Shown here: piece after piece, positions 29,388 through 39,899 of the stretch
Layout: each line of letters opens with the position of its first letter
Position numbering within the stretch: the stretch's first letter is position 1
Assembly (NCBI GenBank): GCA_016840095.1
Contig: JAEOSZ010000066.1
Span: forward strand, 32,001-96,000
Reading direction: 5' to 3'
Origin: Candidatus Heimdallarchaeota archaeon
Lineage (GTDB): Archaea > Asgardarchaeota > Heimdallarchaeia > Heimdallarchaeales > Heimdallarchaeaceae
Length of the DNA stretch: 64,000 nucleotides
Notes under the pieces: model-generated
What the model saw: the letters and a program-made list of their open reading frames with translations, nothing else
Databases searched by the model: none
Told to the model about the DNA's origin: nothing
Made by a program: the position numbers and the translations under genes

Positions 29388-30689
29388 ATGAAAGTTGTTA
29401 TACTAGCAGCTGGCGAGGGTATAAGGTTACAACCCTTAACTGATTCTAGTCCAAAACCAATGTTGAAAGTTCTTGGAGAACCCATTTTAAAAAGAATAAT
29501 AGATGGTTTTCTCAAATCTGGAATCAAATCATTTGTAATTGTCACACATTATATGGAAGAAAAAATCAGTAATTTCTTAGCTAAGGAATTTCCTTCTATT
29601 GAGTTTACTTTTCTCCATCAAGAGGAGTTGAAGGGAACAGGTAATGCTCTGTTTTTGACAAAAAACGAAATTAGTGATGATTTCTTCATTGCAGTGAACG
29701 GAGATTGTATATTTTCTGAATCTTTAATAAAACAAACAGTTAAAGCAGCTGAAGCTGGCTCTATCTCTGTTGGAGGAAAATATACAAAAGACACAGAAAA
29801 TTTTGGAATCATTATTGTAGATGAGAATGACAAACCCATTAAAATGGTAGAAAAACCAAAAAAAGAAAATATTCCTTCGGGTTATGCAAATATTGGGTTG
29901 TATTCCTTAAGCAGAGAGATATTCAAAATTCTTGGTAATAAACATGAGAATAATGATGTTTCTTCAAGAGGAGAATATGAGATTCCAGATGCAGTTAACT
30001 TGTTATTAACTAACGGTAAATATCCAACAAGTTTAGTGAAACTCAAAGAAAATGATTATTGGTTTGATTTAGGACGACCTTGGTCCTTATTGAAAGCAAA
30101 TGAATATCTTCTATCAATAATTAAAGACAGAAGAGAAGGTACAATAGAAGAAAATGTACACATCAAAGGCAATATAATTCTTAAGAAAGGAGCAATTTTA
30201 AGGAGTGGAACCTATATTGACGGTCCCGCATTCTTTGACGAAGGGGCTGATATTGGTCCCAATTGTTACATCAGGAAATTTTCATTCTTTGGTAAGAAAG
30301 CAAGAATAGGGAATGGATGCGAAGTCAAGAATTCTGTTATTGGCAATAATACACATGCTGCACACCTCTCATATATCGGGGATTCAATCATTGATGATGA
30401 CTGTAATCTAGCAGCTGGAACAATCACCGCTAATTTACGCATTGATAAAAAATCAATTCTTGTGTCTGTTAAAGGAATAAAGGAAGATAGTGGTAGGAGA
30501 AAACTAGGGGTGATCATGGGTAAGGGAGTAGAAACAGGCATAGGTGCTCTATTGATGCCTGGAGTAAAAATAGGTAGTAATTCTTGGATAGGTGCTGGAA
30601 CGATTGTTAAAGAAGATATACCTCCAGATTCAATTTATTTTAGTTCACAGAATTATACTGTAAAAAGGAAAAGAAAAGATGCAGATTAA
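29388..30689 (+). CDS. glmU: Bifunctional sugar-1-phosphate nucleotidyltransferase/acetyltransferase (archaeal GlmU)
   Basis: LAAGEGIRL.PLT...PKPM, SRGEYE, hexapeptide repeats, HLSYIGDS and SGRRKLG. Confidence 0.9.
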   Translation: MKVVILAAGEGIRLQPLTDSSPKPMLKVLGEPILKRIIDGFLKSGIKSFVIVTHYMEEKISNFLAKEFPSIEFTFLHQEELKGTGNALFLTKNEISDDFFIAVNGDCIFSESLIKQTVKAAEAGSISVGGKYTKDTENFGIIIVDENDKPIKMVEKPKKENIPSGYANIGLYSLSREIFKILGNKHENNDVSSRGEYEIPDAVNLLLTNGKYPTSLVKLKENDYWFDLGRPWSLLKANEYLLSIIKDRREGTIEENVHIKGNIILKKGAILRSGTYIDGPAFFDEGADIGPNCYIRKFSFFGKKARIGNGCEVKNSVIGNNTHAAHLSYIGDSIIDDDCNLAAGTITANLRIDKKSILVSVKGIKEDSGRRKLGVIMGKGVETGIGALLMPGVKIGSNSWIGAGTIVKEDIPPDSIYFSSQNYTVKRKRKDAD

Positions 30690-32292
30690 AGAACTGAATG
30701 CAATAAAGAAAAATTGGACCCATGAAAAAATCAAAATCGGTTTAATTTATCCGAATACTTATCGTGTAGCTATGACAAGTTTAGGTGTTCAGCTGTTATA
30801 TTTCTTATTTAATGATGACAAAGATCTCCTTTGTGAACGAATTTTCAAACCTCTAAATCCTAAAATTGCTCCTTATTCATTGGAAAGTCAGAAGAATCTC
30901 AAAGACTTCGATGTTTTAGCAATTTCCTGTCAATTTGAACACGATTACATTCAAGCAATTGATTTGTTGTTTAGAGGTGGAATTAATCCTGATGTTAGGC
31001 AGAGAAAGGATTCAGATCCATTAATCATTTTAGGTGGTCCTTCTATAACTGCAAATCCATTTCCTGTTTTATTTGCTGGAGATATCTTCTTCTTAGGTGA
31101 CATAGAACCAGTCAGCGAAGATTTCATCTCAGCTTTAAAACATCCAAGCAAGAAGAAAAAAACAGAAGCACTAACCTCAGTACAGGGTATTATTGCCTAT
31201 TCTTATCATTTTACAGATGAAGGAAAATGGATAGGTAACAAAGTTAAAAGTGTCAAACTAAAAGATATTTCTAATTCTTTTTATCCTATAAAACAAATTA
31301 TACCTGAAGGCGTAAAAGGCACTAAGAATGAACCTATTTTTGGTAAAGCATATTATTTAGAGACAGATAGAGGATGCTCAGAAAGGTGTAAATTCTGCTT
31401 TGTAGGTCATTGCAGATTTCCCAGAACTTCAAGATCCCTAGATAGTTTAATTGATATTATTGATCATGCTAGTGAAGTGAATGATTTTGACAAGATAGTT
31501 CTTTATGGTAGTGCTATTGCACAATCTGGTACTCTTGAGGAACTGATAGAATATATTGTGGATAGGGGGTATGAAGTATCTTGTTCATCGTTCAGAGCGG
31601 ACTATCTTTCAGAAAAGCTGTTAAAAACGCTTAGAAAAGGAAAACAGCGCACTCTATCTTTAGCTCCTGAAACTGGGGATGAATCTCTCAGAATGGCTCT
31701 GAATAAAAGAATGGATGATGAAACAATTTTCTCTGCCCTTAAGATTGCTTGGGACACAGGTTTTAGACAAATAAAGCTTTATATGATCTATGGATTTCCT
31801 TGTGAAGACGAAAAAATAAGAGACGAAACAAAGAACTTCTTAAGTACAATCAGAAGCAGCTATTTTCCTACAGGACGAATAGGAATTTCCATGAATCAGT
31901 TTATCACAAAAGCGCATACTCCTTTTCAATTTGCACCAATGATAGGAGTTAAGGAATCTAAAGAGGAGCAAAAGTGGTATAAAAGCAATTTATATCAAAT
32001 AAAAAATATTGATCTGTCGCTTTACGCACCAGAGTGGTCAATAATTCAAAGAGTTTTATCCTTACAGAATCATGAGTATTATCCTGTTATTTATCAAATC
32101 GCTAAAGGAAAAAATACTGTTGGAAGTTGGAAAATAGCTCTCAAAGAAATTGATAGTAGTTTAGATATGGAAGCTAAATGGAATTATGGGATTGATCAAC
32201 CACTTCCTTGGGACAACATTGTTCATACTTTAGAAAAGAAAACACTTATTTCTTCTTATTTAAAATATCTCGAAACAATGGAATGCAAGTGA
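30679..32292 (+). CDS. Radical SAM protein with N-terminal B12-binding-like domain (TIGR03960-like)
   Basis: YPNTY..AMTSLG, CERIF, RGCSERCKFC, LAPETG, KLYMIYG.P and K.HTPFQ. Confidence 0.85.
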   Translation: MQIKELNAIKKNWTHEKIKIGLIYPNTYRVAMTSLGVQLLYFLFNDDKDLLCERIFKPLNPKIAPYSLESQKNLKDFDVLAISCQFEHDYIQAIDLLFRGGINPDVRQRKDSDPLIILGGPSITANPFPVLFAGDIFFLGDIEPVSEDFISALKHPSKKKKTEALTSVQGIIAYSYHFTDEGKWIGNKVKSVKLKDISNSFYPIKQIIPEGVKGTKNEPIFGKAYYLETDRGCSERCKFCFVGHCRFPRTSRSLDSLIDIIDHASEVNDFDKIVLYGSAIAQSGTLEELIEYIVDRGYEVSCSSFRADYLSEKLLKTLRKGKQRTLSLAPETGDESLRMALNKRMDDETIFSALKIAWDTGFRQIKLYMIYGFPCEDEKIRDETKNFLSTIRSSYFPTGRIGISMNQFITKAHTPFQFAPMIGVKESKEEQKWYKSNLYQIKNIDLSLYAPEWSIIQRVLSLQNHEYYPVIYQIAKGKNTVGSWKIALKEIDSSLDMEAKWNYGIDQPLPWDNIVHTLEKKTLISSYLKYLETMECK

Positions 32293-32293
32293 T

Positions 32294-32950
32294 ATGACTT
32301 CTGACTTTCCTCAAACTATTCTAGATGCTCAGATTTTTCAAGAAAAAATTGCAAAAAAAGTAATTTTAGAGGACAAATATTCAAAAATTAAGAAAATTGG
32401 AGCTTTCGATATTGCTTATAAAGAAGGTAATGCATTTACAGCAGGAATCGTAATTGACTACGAAAGCGAAGAAATTCTTGAGGAAAAAGTAATAGTTAGC
32501 AAAGTTCCTTTTCCCTATGTTCCAACTTATCTATTCCTTCGAGAAGTCCCTTCATTCATCTCACTATTCTCAGAGATTTCAATAAAACCTGATTTAGTTT
32601 TAATTGATGGACATGGTATCGCTCATCCAAAAAACACAGGATCTGCAACAGTTTTTGGAGTAACAGCTAAAATTCCTTCTATAGGTGTTGCAAAGAAACC
32701 TTTGAGATTTTTCAAATACAAACAAACCGAAAATGAATTTCTAAAACAGATTATACTGAAGGAGAAGTTTGTTGGTTTTAGATATCAACCTAAAACAAAA
32801 TGGAATCCAGTTTTCATATCTCCAGGACACAATGTTTCAGTTAAATCTTCATTTAAATTGATTCAAAATCTTTTCAAAAATCAATTCAAACTACCTTTGC
32901 CTTTACACAAAGCCCACAATTTGGCAACAGAATTTAGAAAAGCAAACTGA
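32294..32950 (+). CDS. nfi: Endonuclease V
   Basis: GAFDIAY, FPYVPTYLFLRE, IDGHGIAHP, PSIGVAK and PVFISPGH. Confidence 0.93.
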   Translation: MTSDFPQTILDAQIFQEKIAKKVILEDKYSKIKKIGAFDIAYKEGNAFTAGIVIDYESEEILEEKVIVSKVPFPYVPTYLFLREVPSFISLFSEISIKPDLVLIDGHGIAHPKNTGSATVFGVTAKIPSIGVAKKPLRFFKYKQTENEFLKQIILKEKFVGFRYQPKTKWNPVFISPGHNVSVKSSFKLIQNLFKNQFKLPLPLHKAHNLATEFRKAN

Positions 32951-33449
32951 ATCTGTATCGTATTATACCTTAAGCTTCTTCTTAGTTATTCATTTTTAAC
33001 AAGCTTTTATTATATCAAAATATCAATTTATGGCAAAAAATTAAACCTATTAAGAAATAACACAATAACAGTCTATCTTGCTTGTTTAGTTACTTATTTA
33101 TGGAAAACTCCTAAAATAGTAGTTTTCCTAAGTATTAGTAGAAAATGGTTCTTTTTACTACCAAAAGATTAAATTTTTCCTAAAACAACATTTTTTTTGA
33201 AAAAAAATTCTACACAAAAATATAAAAAACAAAATACCCCTATTCATGTTGATTTCTTGCTTTTAAAGCATATTGTGCAAATTTTTAAAGTTGCAGTTTA
33301 GGAAACTGTTTTTTTTGTAGTTTTTGTTTGTGGTTTAAAAAAAACGTGAAAACGGCTTATAACGCCACAAATCAGTTTAAAGCGCATGAATTAATTTTAA
33401 ATAACTTTAAAAAGGGAACTTGTCGAGTATTGATTAACCAAGTAAGGAA

Positions 33450-33704
33450 ATGGTTTATGTGGCAATAGCTCTTGAAAATCCTAATATTAATCAAAACAAT
33501 TTAACTGGGTTACCCCCTAGCGCAATTACAATTTTTAAGATAGTAATCGGCAAAGGACCTATTACTAGTAGTGAAATAGTCGATTTATGCAGTTTAGCTC
33601 CAAGAACTGTACGACATGGACTAAAATTGTTAGTCAGAGCTGGTTTAATTCAAAAACTTCCTCATTTACTTGATATGAGATCATGTAAATTTTACGTTGA
33701 TTAA
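33450..33704 (+). CDS. Small archaeal winged-helix (MarR-like) DNA-binding protein
   Basis: LPPSA...GP.T..EI...LAPRTVR.GL..L...P...D.R family pattern. Confidence 0.82.
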   Translation: MVYVAIALENPNINQNNLTGLPPSAITIFKIVIGKGPITSSEIVDLCSLAPRTVRHGLKLLVRAGLIQKLPHLLDMRSCKFYVD

Positions 33705-33766
33705 AGCACAGAAAATTCTTCTTTGCTTTAATTTTTACTTATTTTTAAGAATAGAATAAGAGGGGA

Positions 33767-36031
33767 TTACACCTCTACATCACTTGAATGGAATAGAACA
33801 TCTCGATTAATTGCGGATTTAAAGAGACCCAAGAGCAACTCATTTGTAGTTCTTATAGCTATAGGTACTGAATCGGCTGTTAGGAATGCAAAAACAGCCT
33901 CGTGATTTCCATCTAAAATACCACAATAGACGTCTTTCTTATCATAGTGTTTCAATTTTAATCCTGTAAATCTTTCTGAAAGTGGTCTTAAAATAGATTG
34001 ATGTCTTTTATCAAAATAAGAAACCAAAGTAACTCGCTGTGCTTTAGTATATTGCATCATCTCTTTAAGAAGGTCTTCATCAACTTCTGGTGTAACCAAG
34101 AGGAGCTCATAATTTGATCTCATGGCAATATCTGTTATACTTGCTTTGATGGCCTCATCTCCAACAATGATTGAAGTATCATGTTGACCGTCAAAGGAAT
34201 ATGAAGAAGCAGCACTATCAACTTGTCTCAACTCATCTTCTCTAGTGTTAATAACTTGGTAGAAAGTCATTGCTTTCTCCAGCAGAGAATCCATTTGAAA
34301 GTCTAATATTTCATCTACGTCTTTTATAACAGCAGCTACTTGAGAAACTAGGGTGTTGATTTGTATCTCTTCACCTTCAGAAATCTGTTCAACTATCTGA
34401 TCTTTCTGTTCATCTTTGTAATCCTTCAAATGTTGTTTTAGTTCAGTTAGTTGCATAGCTAATTGATTTCTTTTATCTTCTGATTTTTGTTGAAAGAGTT
34501 CTAAAGAGCCTTGTATTTTTTCTTTCAAATCAAGAGCCATTTTTTCAGAATCTTGCTTTGATTTACTTAATTCTTTAATTGTGTCATCTTGAATCTTATT
34601 GATAATTTTCGTCTTTTCAGTGTCATGTACTTGAAAATCTTTCAATACTTGTTCTTTAGTCTCATTCAGTTGATTCACTACATTTTCTTTTAACTGCCCT
34701 GTAACTTCTGAACAGGAATCAAATGAAGAAGAGGCATAATTTTCTGTTTGATTTTGTAGTAGTTCCAAAAGATTCTTAGGAAGTAAATCAACTTTTTCCA
34801 ATTTAGTACCTGTTAGTTCATTCTTCTTTGTTCGTACAGTTGTTTCTCCAGCTATTTGGAAATGGTCTAGTTTAGAACGTAAAGCATCTCTTACTTCATT
34901 CAAAGATAGTACATGTTGATCTATTAATTGTAATCCGCTCTCGTTCAAATCATTAGCTAAATTACGAACTGTATCTCTAGCATCTTGAAGAGGTGATTCA
35001 ACCTGTTTTTTCCCTTTGCTTAATGCTTCAGCAATTTTTGAAGATAAGAAGTTAGTCTGTCTGTCAATCTGCTCAACACTTCTTCTAAGTTCTTGTGTTT
35101 GTTTGATTTGACCAGAGAAGATATTATTCACTTCTGAAGATAACTCATCGACTACTTTTTTAGATTCTAGTGTCCAAGCACTATAAGCTTCCTGCCAAAT
35201 TTTATTGTAATTATCAAGAAATGATTCTTGAACCTCAGTTAACTCATTAACCAAATCCTTTAGAGCGTTATCTAAATCAGGAGCTAATTTTTCAAGAAAT
35301 TCTTTATGATTTTCTGTATGGGCATCTAAACCATTGTTTATGATTTGTGTTAAGTTTTCAAAAGAACCTTTTATTTTTTCTTCAGTTGCATCTACTAAAA
35401 CATCACTATTGTGCTTTGCTGTATGATGGAACTGTTTAACAAATGCATTAAGTTCTTGCACAAAAGTTTCCAGTTGAGCTGAAAAAACATAAGGCTGATC
35501 CATCACTTGATTCAGATATCCAGTTACTTCTTTTTCTGTTTCTGTTATGAAGGCAGAAGCAGTTGTTTCAGTTTGTTCACTATGCTCTAAATACTGCTGG
35601 AATAGTGCATCAACAACCTGTTTAATTATACCACTGACTACGTGAATGTCAAAAACAGTCCCTTCACCTGTTAATTCCAAGGTCCCTCCAAATTTATTTT
35701 TCTTTTCTTTGTAATCCTCTTTAGTTCCTTTTAACGCAGTAATAACACCATCTAAGGAGTATAAAGCATCTTTTTCAATAACAATGTATTCTTTCAGAAA
35801 AGGAAGCATACCAAAGTATTGGGGAGTTTTTCCTGCTGTTTTCTTCAAGAAACCCAATTCTTCCAAGTTCTTAACTGATTGAATGAGGGTAAGAGGATCT
35901 AAACCTGTTACGACTAGTAACTCACCAATAGTTACTTTGCCTAATCCAAGTGTAGCAGAATACACTTTAATATCAATTTCATTAAAACCTATACGAGTTA
36001 ATAATGGAGGTAGTATTTCTATTCTTGACAT
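33767..36031 (-). CDS. TrmB-like wHTH protein with a long helical/coiled-coil insert and a C-terminal TrmB/PLD-like domain
   Basis: N-terminal GFNE.DIKVY...TIGEL...L.ELGF...Y...P, about 500 aa of amphipathic helices, then C-terminal IVGDEAI...I.....ELLLVTP. Confidence 0.7.
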   Translation of the reverse strand: MSRIEILPPLLTRIGFNEIDIKVYSATLGLGKVTIGELLVVTGLDPLTLIQSVKNLEELGFLKKTAGKTPQYFGMLPFLKEYIVIEKDALYSLDGVITALKGTKEDYKEKKNKFGGTLELTGEGTVFDIHVVSGIIKQVVDALFQQYLEHSEQTETTASAFITETEKEVTGYLNQVMDQPYVFSAQLETFVQELNAFVKQFHHTAKHNSDVLVDATEEKIKGSFENLTQIINNGLDAHTENHKEFLEKLAPDLDNALKDLVNELTEVQESFLDNYNKIWQEAYSAWTLESKKVVDELSSEVNNIFSGQIKQTQELRRSVEQIDRQTNFLSSKIAEALSKGKKQVESPLQDARDTVRNLANDLNESGLQLIDQHVLSLNEVRDALRSKLDHFQIAGETTVRTKKNELTGTKLEKVDLLPKNLLELLQNQTENYASSSFDSCSEVTGQLKENVVNQLNETKEQVLKDFQVHDTEKTKIINKIQDDTIKELSKSKQDSEKMALDLKEKIQGSLELFQQKSEDKRNQLAMQLTELKQHLKDYKDEQKDQIVEQISEGEEIQINTLVSQVAAVIKDVDEILDFQMDSLLEKAMTFYQVINTREDELRQVDSAASSYSFDGQHDTSIIVGDEAIKASITDIAMRSNYELLLVTPEVDEDLLKEMMQYTKAQRVTLVSYFDKRHQSILRPLSERFTGLKLKHYDKKDVYCGILDGNHEAVFAFLTADSVPIAIRTTNELLLGLFKSAINRDVLFHSSDVEV

Positions 36032-36153
36032 TTTTTTCAGCCTTTTTTACTTGTATTAAGTAGCTTTGGTTTACTACATAAATTTTATTGCAATAAAGAA
36101 ATATTTTATCTTACTTAAAAAGAATATACAAAAGGCAAACCTGTTTTTTTGTT

Positions 36154-36807
36154 CTAGTCATCCTCTACCCCATTTCTAGGACAATAGGATTTCAAAAAAC
36201 ATTCGTTACATTTTGGTTTTAGTGCTTTGCAGATAGATCGTCCATGAGAGATTAGCAAATGTGTTATTCGCCCCCATTTTTTCTGAGGAAGAACCTGCAT
36301 CAAGTCCTTTTCAATTTTGTAAGGATCTTTGTTAGCTGTTAAACCAAGTCTAAAAGAAATACGCTTAACATGTGTATCTACTGCTATTCCTTCATGAATT
36401 TTAAACCAGTCATTTAGAAGAACATTAGCTGTTTTTCTGCCAATTCCAGGTAAGCTCGTTAATTCTTTGAGAGATGTTGGTATCTGCGAATTGTATCTCT
36501 TAATCAGCTCCTTTGACATTTCATGGATGAACTTTGCCTTATTTCGATATAAACCAACCTTAGAGATTGCTTTTTCAATTTCTTCAAGAGATGAATTTGC
36601 AAAAGATTCAGGGTCAGGATAAGAAGAAAACAGCTCTTTAGTTATGGAATTTACTTGTTTATCTGTACTTTGAGCACTCAATATAGTAGCTACTAGTAAT
36701 TGATAAGGAGTGTTATAATTAGATAACCCTCCTTTAAACTGAGGATAATGTTCCTCAAGTTTTTCCAAATAAAAGAGGGTCCTTTTCTTAATTGAAGCAC
36801 TCATCAA
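36154..36807 (-). CDS. nth: Endonuclease III
   Basis: LLVATILSAQSTD, LPGIGRKTAN, AVDTHV.R and C-x6-C-x2-C-x5-C. Confidence 0.96.
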   Translation of the reverse strand: MMSASIKKRTLFYLEKLEEHYPQFKGGLSNYNTPYQLLVATILSAQSTDKQVNSITKELFSSYPDPESFANSSLEEIEKAISKVGLYRNKAKFIHEMSKELIKRYNSQIPTSLKELTSLPGIGRKTANVLLNDWFKIHEGIAVDTHVKRISFRLGLTANKDPYKIEKDLMQVLPQKKWGRITHLLISHGRSICKALKPKCNECFLKSYCPRNGVEDD

Positions 36808-36934
36808 TGAAGAGGTAAAATGAAGTAATTTATATGTTTTCCAATAACATATTCTTCAAGATAGAATTTTGTAAAATGTTAATACTTAAAATACTAGTTG
36901 AGAAGAAAGAACAAGCAATTTTAAGGAGATTTTA

Positions 36935-37498
36935 ATGAATACTTTTAAAGAAAGGCAACTAAACAGTAATTGGAAAGAAGTTGGATACATACTTCTCAAA
37001 AGTCTGATATTCACAGGATTTTTCGCAATTTTACATTATCTTTACTATTTAAATCCCAATCCTTTCTTCCAAGCAATATCTGGAAGAGATGAATCAGTTT
37101 TTCAGCATTTGAAAATGGGATTTTTTGGATACTTATTATTAATAGGAGTAGACTTCCTTATTAAAAGAAAGAAAATCGAGAATAGAAGTTCATTCACGTT
37201 TTCTAGGTTATTGACCAGTTTACTTGTACCATGGATAATTTTTGTTATCTGGTACTTGGTACCAGCAATAATTGGATTACCTTTATCCTTTGGTTGGGAA
37301 TTAGCCTGGGCAATGATTGTTGTATTTATTACCGGTATTATGGGAGCTATAATTGACAAAAATACCGAGAAACTGGAATTCAACTTATCAGTAAAAATAA
37401 TTATTATTGGAATAGCATTGATTTCAGCTTTTATCTTTATATGGTTTTCATTTGGAGAAGGTCCATGGATTGATGTTTTCACACTACATGAACATTGA
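36935..37498 (+). CDS. Membrane protein (DUF6512-like)
   Basis: LHYLY and ESVFQHLKM motifs; about 5 TM segments. Confidence 0.6.
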   Translation: MNTFKERQLNSNWKEVGYILLKSLIFTGFFAILHYLYYLNPNPFFQAISGRDESVFQHLKMGFFGYLLLIGVDFLIKRKKIENRSSFTFSRLLTSLLVPWIIFVIWYLVPAIIGLPLSFGWELAWAMIVVFITGIMGAIIDKNTEKLEFNLSVKIIIIGIALISAFIFIWFSFGEGPWIDVFTLHEH

Positions 37499-37645
37499 AT
37501 GAAAACATATTTTTCTTTTTTTACAATTACTACAAAACTGAACTATAAGATGTAGAACAACGGCAGAATCATATACGTAAAGAAATATCAAATAGTTTAA
37601 ATAGTATCCGAGAGTATAAATAAATTGTATAAAGGGGAATATAGA

Positions 37646-38215
37646 ATGGGTGCAGGACAACGGAAAATCTTCAAGATAACCTTACTTGGTGATGGTGCCG
37701 TAGGTAAGACAAGTCTCCGAAAAACCTATCTAGGAGAAGGTTTCAAAGACGGCTATTCCATGACCATAGGTGCAGATTTCGCTGTTAAGCGTTTAAGAAT
37801 TGATGATCAAGATTTTGTTGCACAAATCTGGGATCTTGCAGGCCAACAAAGGTTCTCTGCTGTTCGTGAGGTTTACTATCGAGGAACATCTGGTTGTTTA
37901 TTGGTGTTTGATATTTCAAGGCGTTCTAGTTTTGAGAATATTCCATCGTGGATTGCAGAACTTCTCAAGAACAATAGTAATAGAGTCGTACCAATTGTAT
38001 TGATTGGTAACAAGAGCGATCTTCGTGCTACAGCTAAAGATCCTATTATGCGCGAACAATCAGAAGAATATGCTCGTAACCTCTCTGCTTGGTCAGGATT
38101 TACAGTTCCATATATTGAAACATCTGCAAAAACAGGTGAAAATGTCGATGAGGCATTTAAGACTCTTCTAAAGAACATTGTTTTGTTCTACGAAAAATTA
38201 TATGCACAACAATAA
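37646..38215 (+). CDS. Rab-like small GTPase (Ras superfamily)
   Basis: GDGAVGKT, TIGADF, IWDLAGQQRF, YYRG, NKSD and ETSAK; no C-terminal prenylation Cys. ATG at 37646. Confidence 0.95.
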   Translation: MGAGQRKIFKITLLGDGAVGKTSLRKTYLGEGFKDGYSMTIGADFAVKRLRIDDQDFVAQIWDLAGQQRFSAVREVYYRGTSGCLLVFDISRRSSFENIPSWIAELLKNNSNRVVPIVLIGNKSDLRATAKDPIMREQSEEYARNLSAWSGFTVPYIETSAKTGENVDEAFKTLLKNIVLFYEKLYAQQ

Positions 38216-38241
38216 GGAAATTATTCCTTTTCTTTATTTTA

Positions 38242-39039
38242 TTATTGATTATTAACTCGTATATTCATAGTATCTTCATCAAATTCGGGATGAAGCGAAA
38301 CGGTTCCATCTTCGTTTACATTTAGAATCTTCATCTGCTCTAATTCAGAAATGTACTTTCTTGTTTGAGATAGAGAGACGCCGAGTACAAAAGAAAGTTG
38401 AATTGGGGCTATAACACCCATCCTTCTTAGCAAATTTATAATGTTGAATCTTGGATCAGAAGTGACTATTCTTTCTAGAACACTTTTCTGTTTCATCCAT
38501 TTTTCCATTTCTTTTGTGATTTTCTCCATCTTATCTTCGAGTTCCTTCTTTTCTGCTTCTATAGCAACAATTTGATCAGATAATTCATAAATCAGAGATT
38601 CTCTTTCCTCTAGAAGAAGATTAAGCATATCTTTTTCCCTTTGAAAATCTTCTATAACTCTTGTATCAACACTTCCATTTTCAGAGGAATCACTTGGTTT
38701 CTTCTGAATTTTCCTTCTATCTTGCTGATATGGTGATACCGAAAACATACTTGATAAGAAATTAAAAAGCCTAAAGAATTCTGATTTCATTTCTGAAATT
38801 ATGACTTCTGAAGAATTTTCTAGAAGTTCATTTACATATCGTATTGCAGGATCTAGTTCTAGAGTTGATTCCTGTTTCTTTTTCTTAGTTTTTTCTACTT
38901 TCCCTTCCTTCTTAGGAGCTTTGAGATTTTCTTTTAGTTCTTCAACTTCTTCAGAAAGTTTGGTGATTTCTGATGCTATTTCATGAAATTCGTCTTCTTC
39001 TACAGGTTCTTTCTCTTCGTAATTTTCCATCAAAATCAT
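38242..39039 (-). CDS. Coiled-coil protein with C-terminal winged helix
   Basis: Acidic N-terminus, long heptads, then DPRF.I...L...LSFVLGVSLSQTRKYISELEQM. Confidence 0.7.
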   Translation of the reverse strand: MILMENYEEKEPVEEDEFHEIASEITKLSEEVEELKENLKAPKKEGKVEKTKKKKQESTLELDPAIRYVNELLENSSEVIISEMKSEFFRLFNFLSSMFSVSPYQQDRRKIQKKPSDSSENGSVDTRVIEDFQREKDMLNLLLEERESLIYELSDQIVAIEAEKKELEDKMEKITKEMEKWMKQKSVLERIVTSDPRFNIINLLRRMGVIAPIQLSFVLGVSLSQTRKYISELEQMKILNVNEDGTVSLHPEFDEDTMNIRVNNQ

Positions 39040-39870
39040 CTATATTTTTGCGGTTGATTCTATCTTAAAGCCTTCAATTTCGGATGGAGTAAGATCTAGG
39101 TTTTCGCTTACGAATGCTACACCCATCAATTTGGTAATAGCAAAAGTATCCTTTATTCTACTACCAACAGTGCTTCTTGAGAAGTAGAATATCCCTTGAG
39201 CTGCATTCATAATTATTCTTTCAGCAACAGGATCAAGAACACCTTGTGGTAATAGGAAGAAATGTATGCCACCTATTTTTGTTATGGATGTTATAATTGA
39301 TTTTAGAAAAGTAATCAAATCATTTGAATCTTCGTCTAATCTGTCTTCCTTCATCCATAATAAATCATCAAAAACACTGAAGCATTGTTTCTTTTGATTT
39401 TCTTTAACATGAACCATTCTATCAATAACTCTCTTGACATAAGTTTTTCTTCGTACTTCTATTTTGCCTAGTTTGAGAGAAGAAGTCATTGAAGAACTTG
39501 ATAGATCAAACATATTCTCAAAATACCAATTTTTACCTTCGAAGGGTTTTACATCCCATTCATAAGCTTTGAATGAGTTTAGAACATGACCATAAGGACG
39601 ACTACTATGAACATAAAAAATAACATTTTCACTATTCTGAGCCCAATTAAGAAGGATTCTTTGAATAAACAGTGTTGGTATAACAGTTTCAGAAGGATAA
39701 CTCACCAAAATCAGAGAACCAGAAGGCAATCCTTTTCGTGACGACATTTCCATGCCCAATTTCTGATCAAGTGATCTGATACCAGTTTGAAATAGATCTC
39801 CTCTTTCATCCTTTGATGAATTTGTTTTTCCTATACGATTTATACCCCCAGGTGGTGAGTCCATACCCAT
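39040..39870 (-). CDS. KaiC/RAD55-like RecA-fold protein with degenerate Walker A
   Basis: TGIRSLD..L...GLPSGSLILV start, FDDL at the Walker B position, and ITKLMG...I.GFKIES tail; no GxxGxGK. Confidence 0.75.
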   Translation of the reverse strand: MGMDSPPGGINRIGKTNSSKDERGDLFQTGIRSLDQKLGMEMSSRKGLPSGSLILVSYPSETVIPTLFIQRILLNWAQNSENVIFYVHSSRPYGHVLNSFKAYEWDVKPFEGKNWYFENMFDLSSSSMTSSLKLGKIEVRRKTYVKRVIDRMVHVKENQKKQCFSVFDDLLWMKEDRLDEDSNDLITFLKSIITSITKIGGIHFFLLPQGVLDPVAERIIMNAAQGIFYFSRSTVGSRIKDTFAITKLMGVAFVSENLDLTPSEIEGFKIESTAKI

Positions 39871-39899
39871 TGAACATTCCTCAATTAGTGTTTAATTTG

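Noticed and set aside
17760-36807. Apparent deamination-repair island (dCMP deaminase, RdgB, EndoV, Nth)
   Set aside because: The genes are scattered in separate transcription units among housekeeping genes; there is no evidence of a single system.
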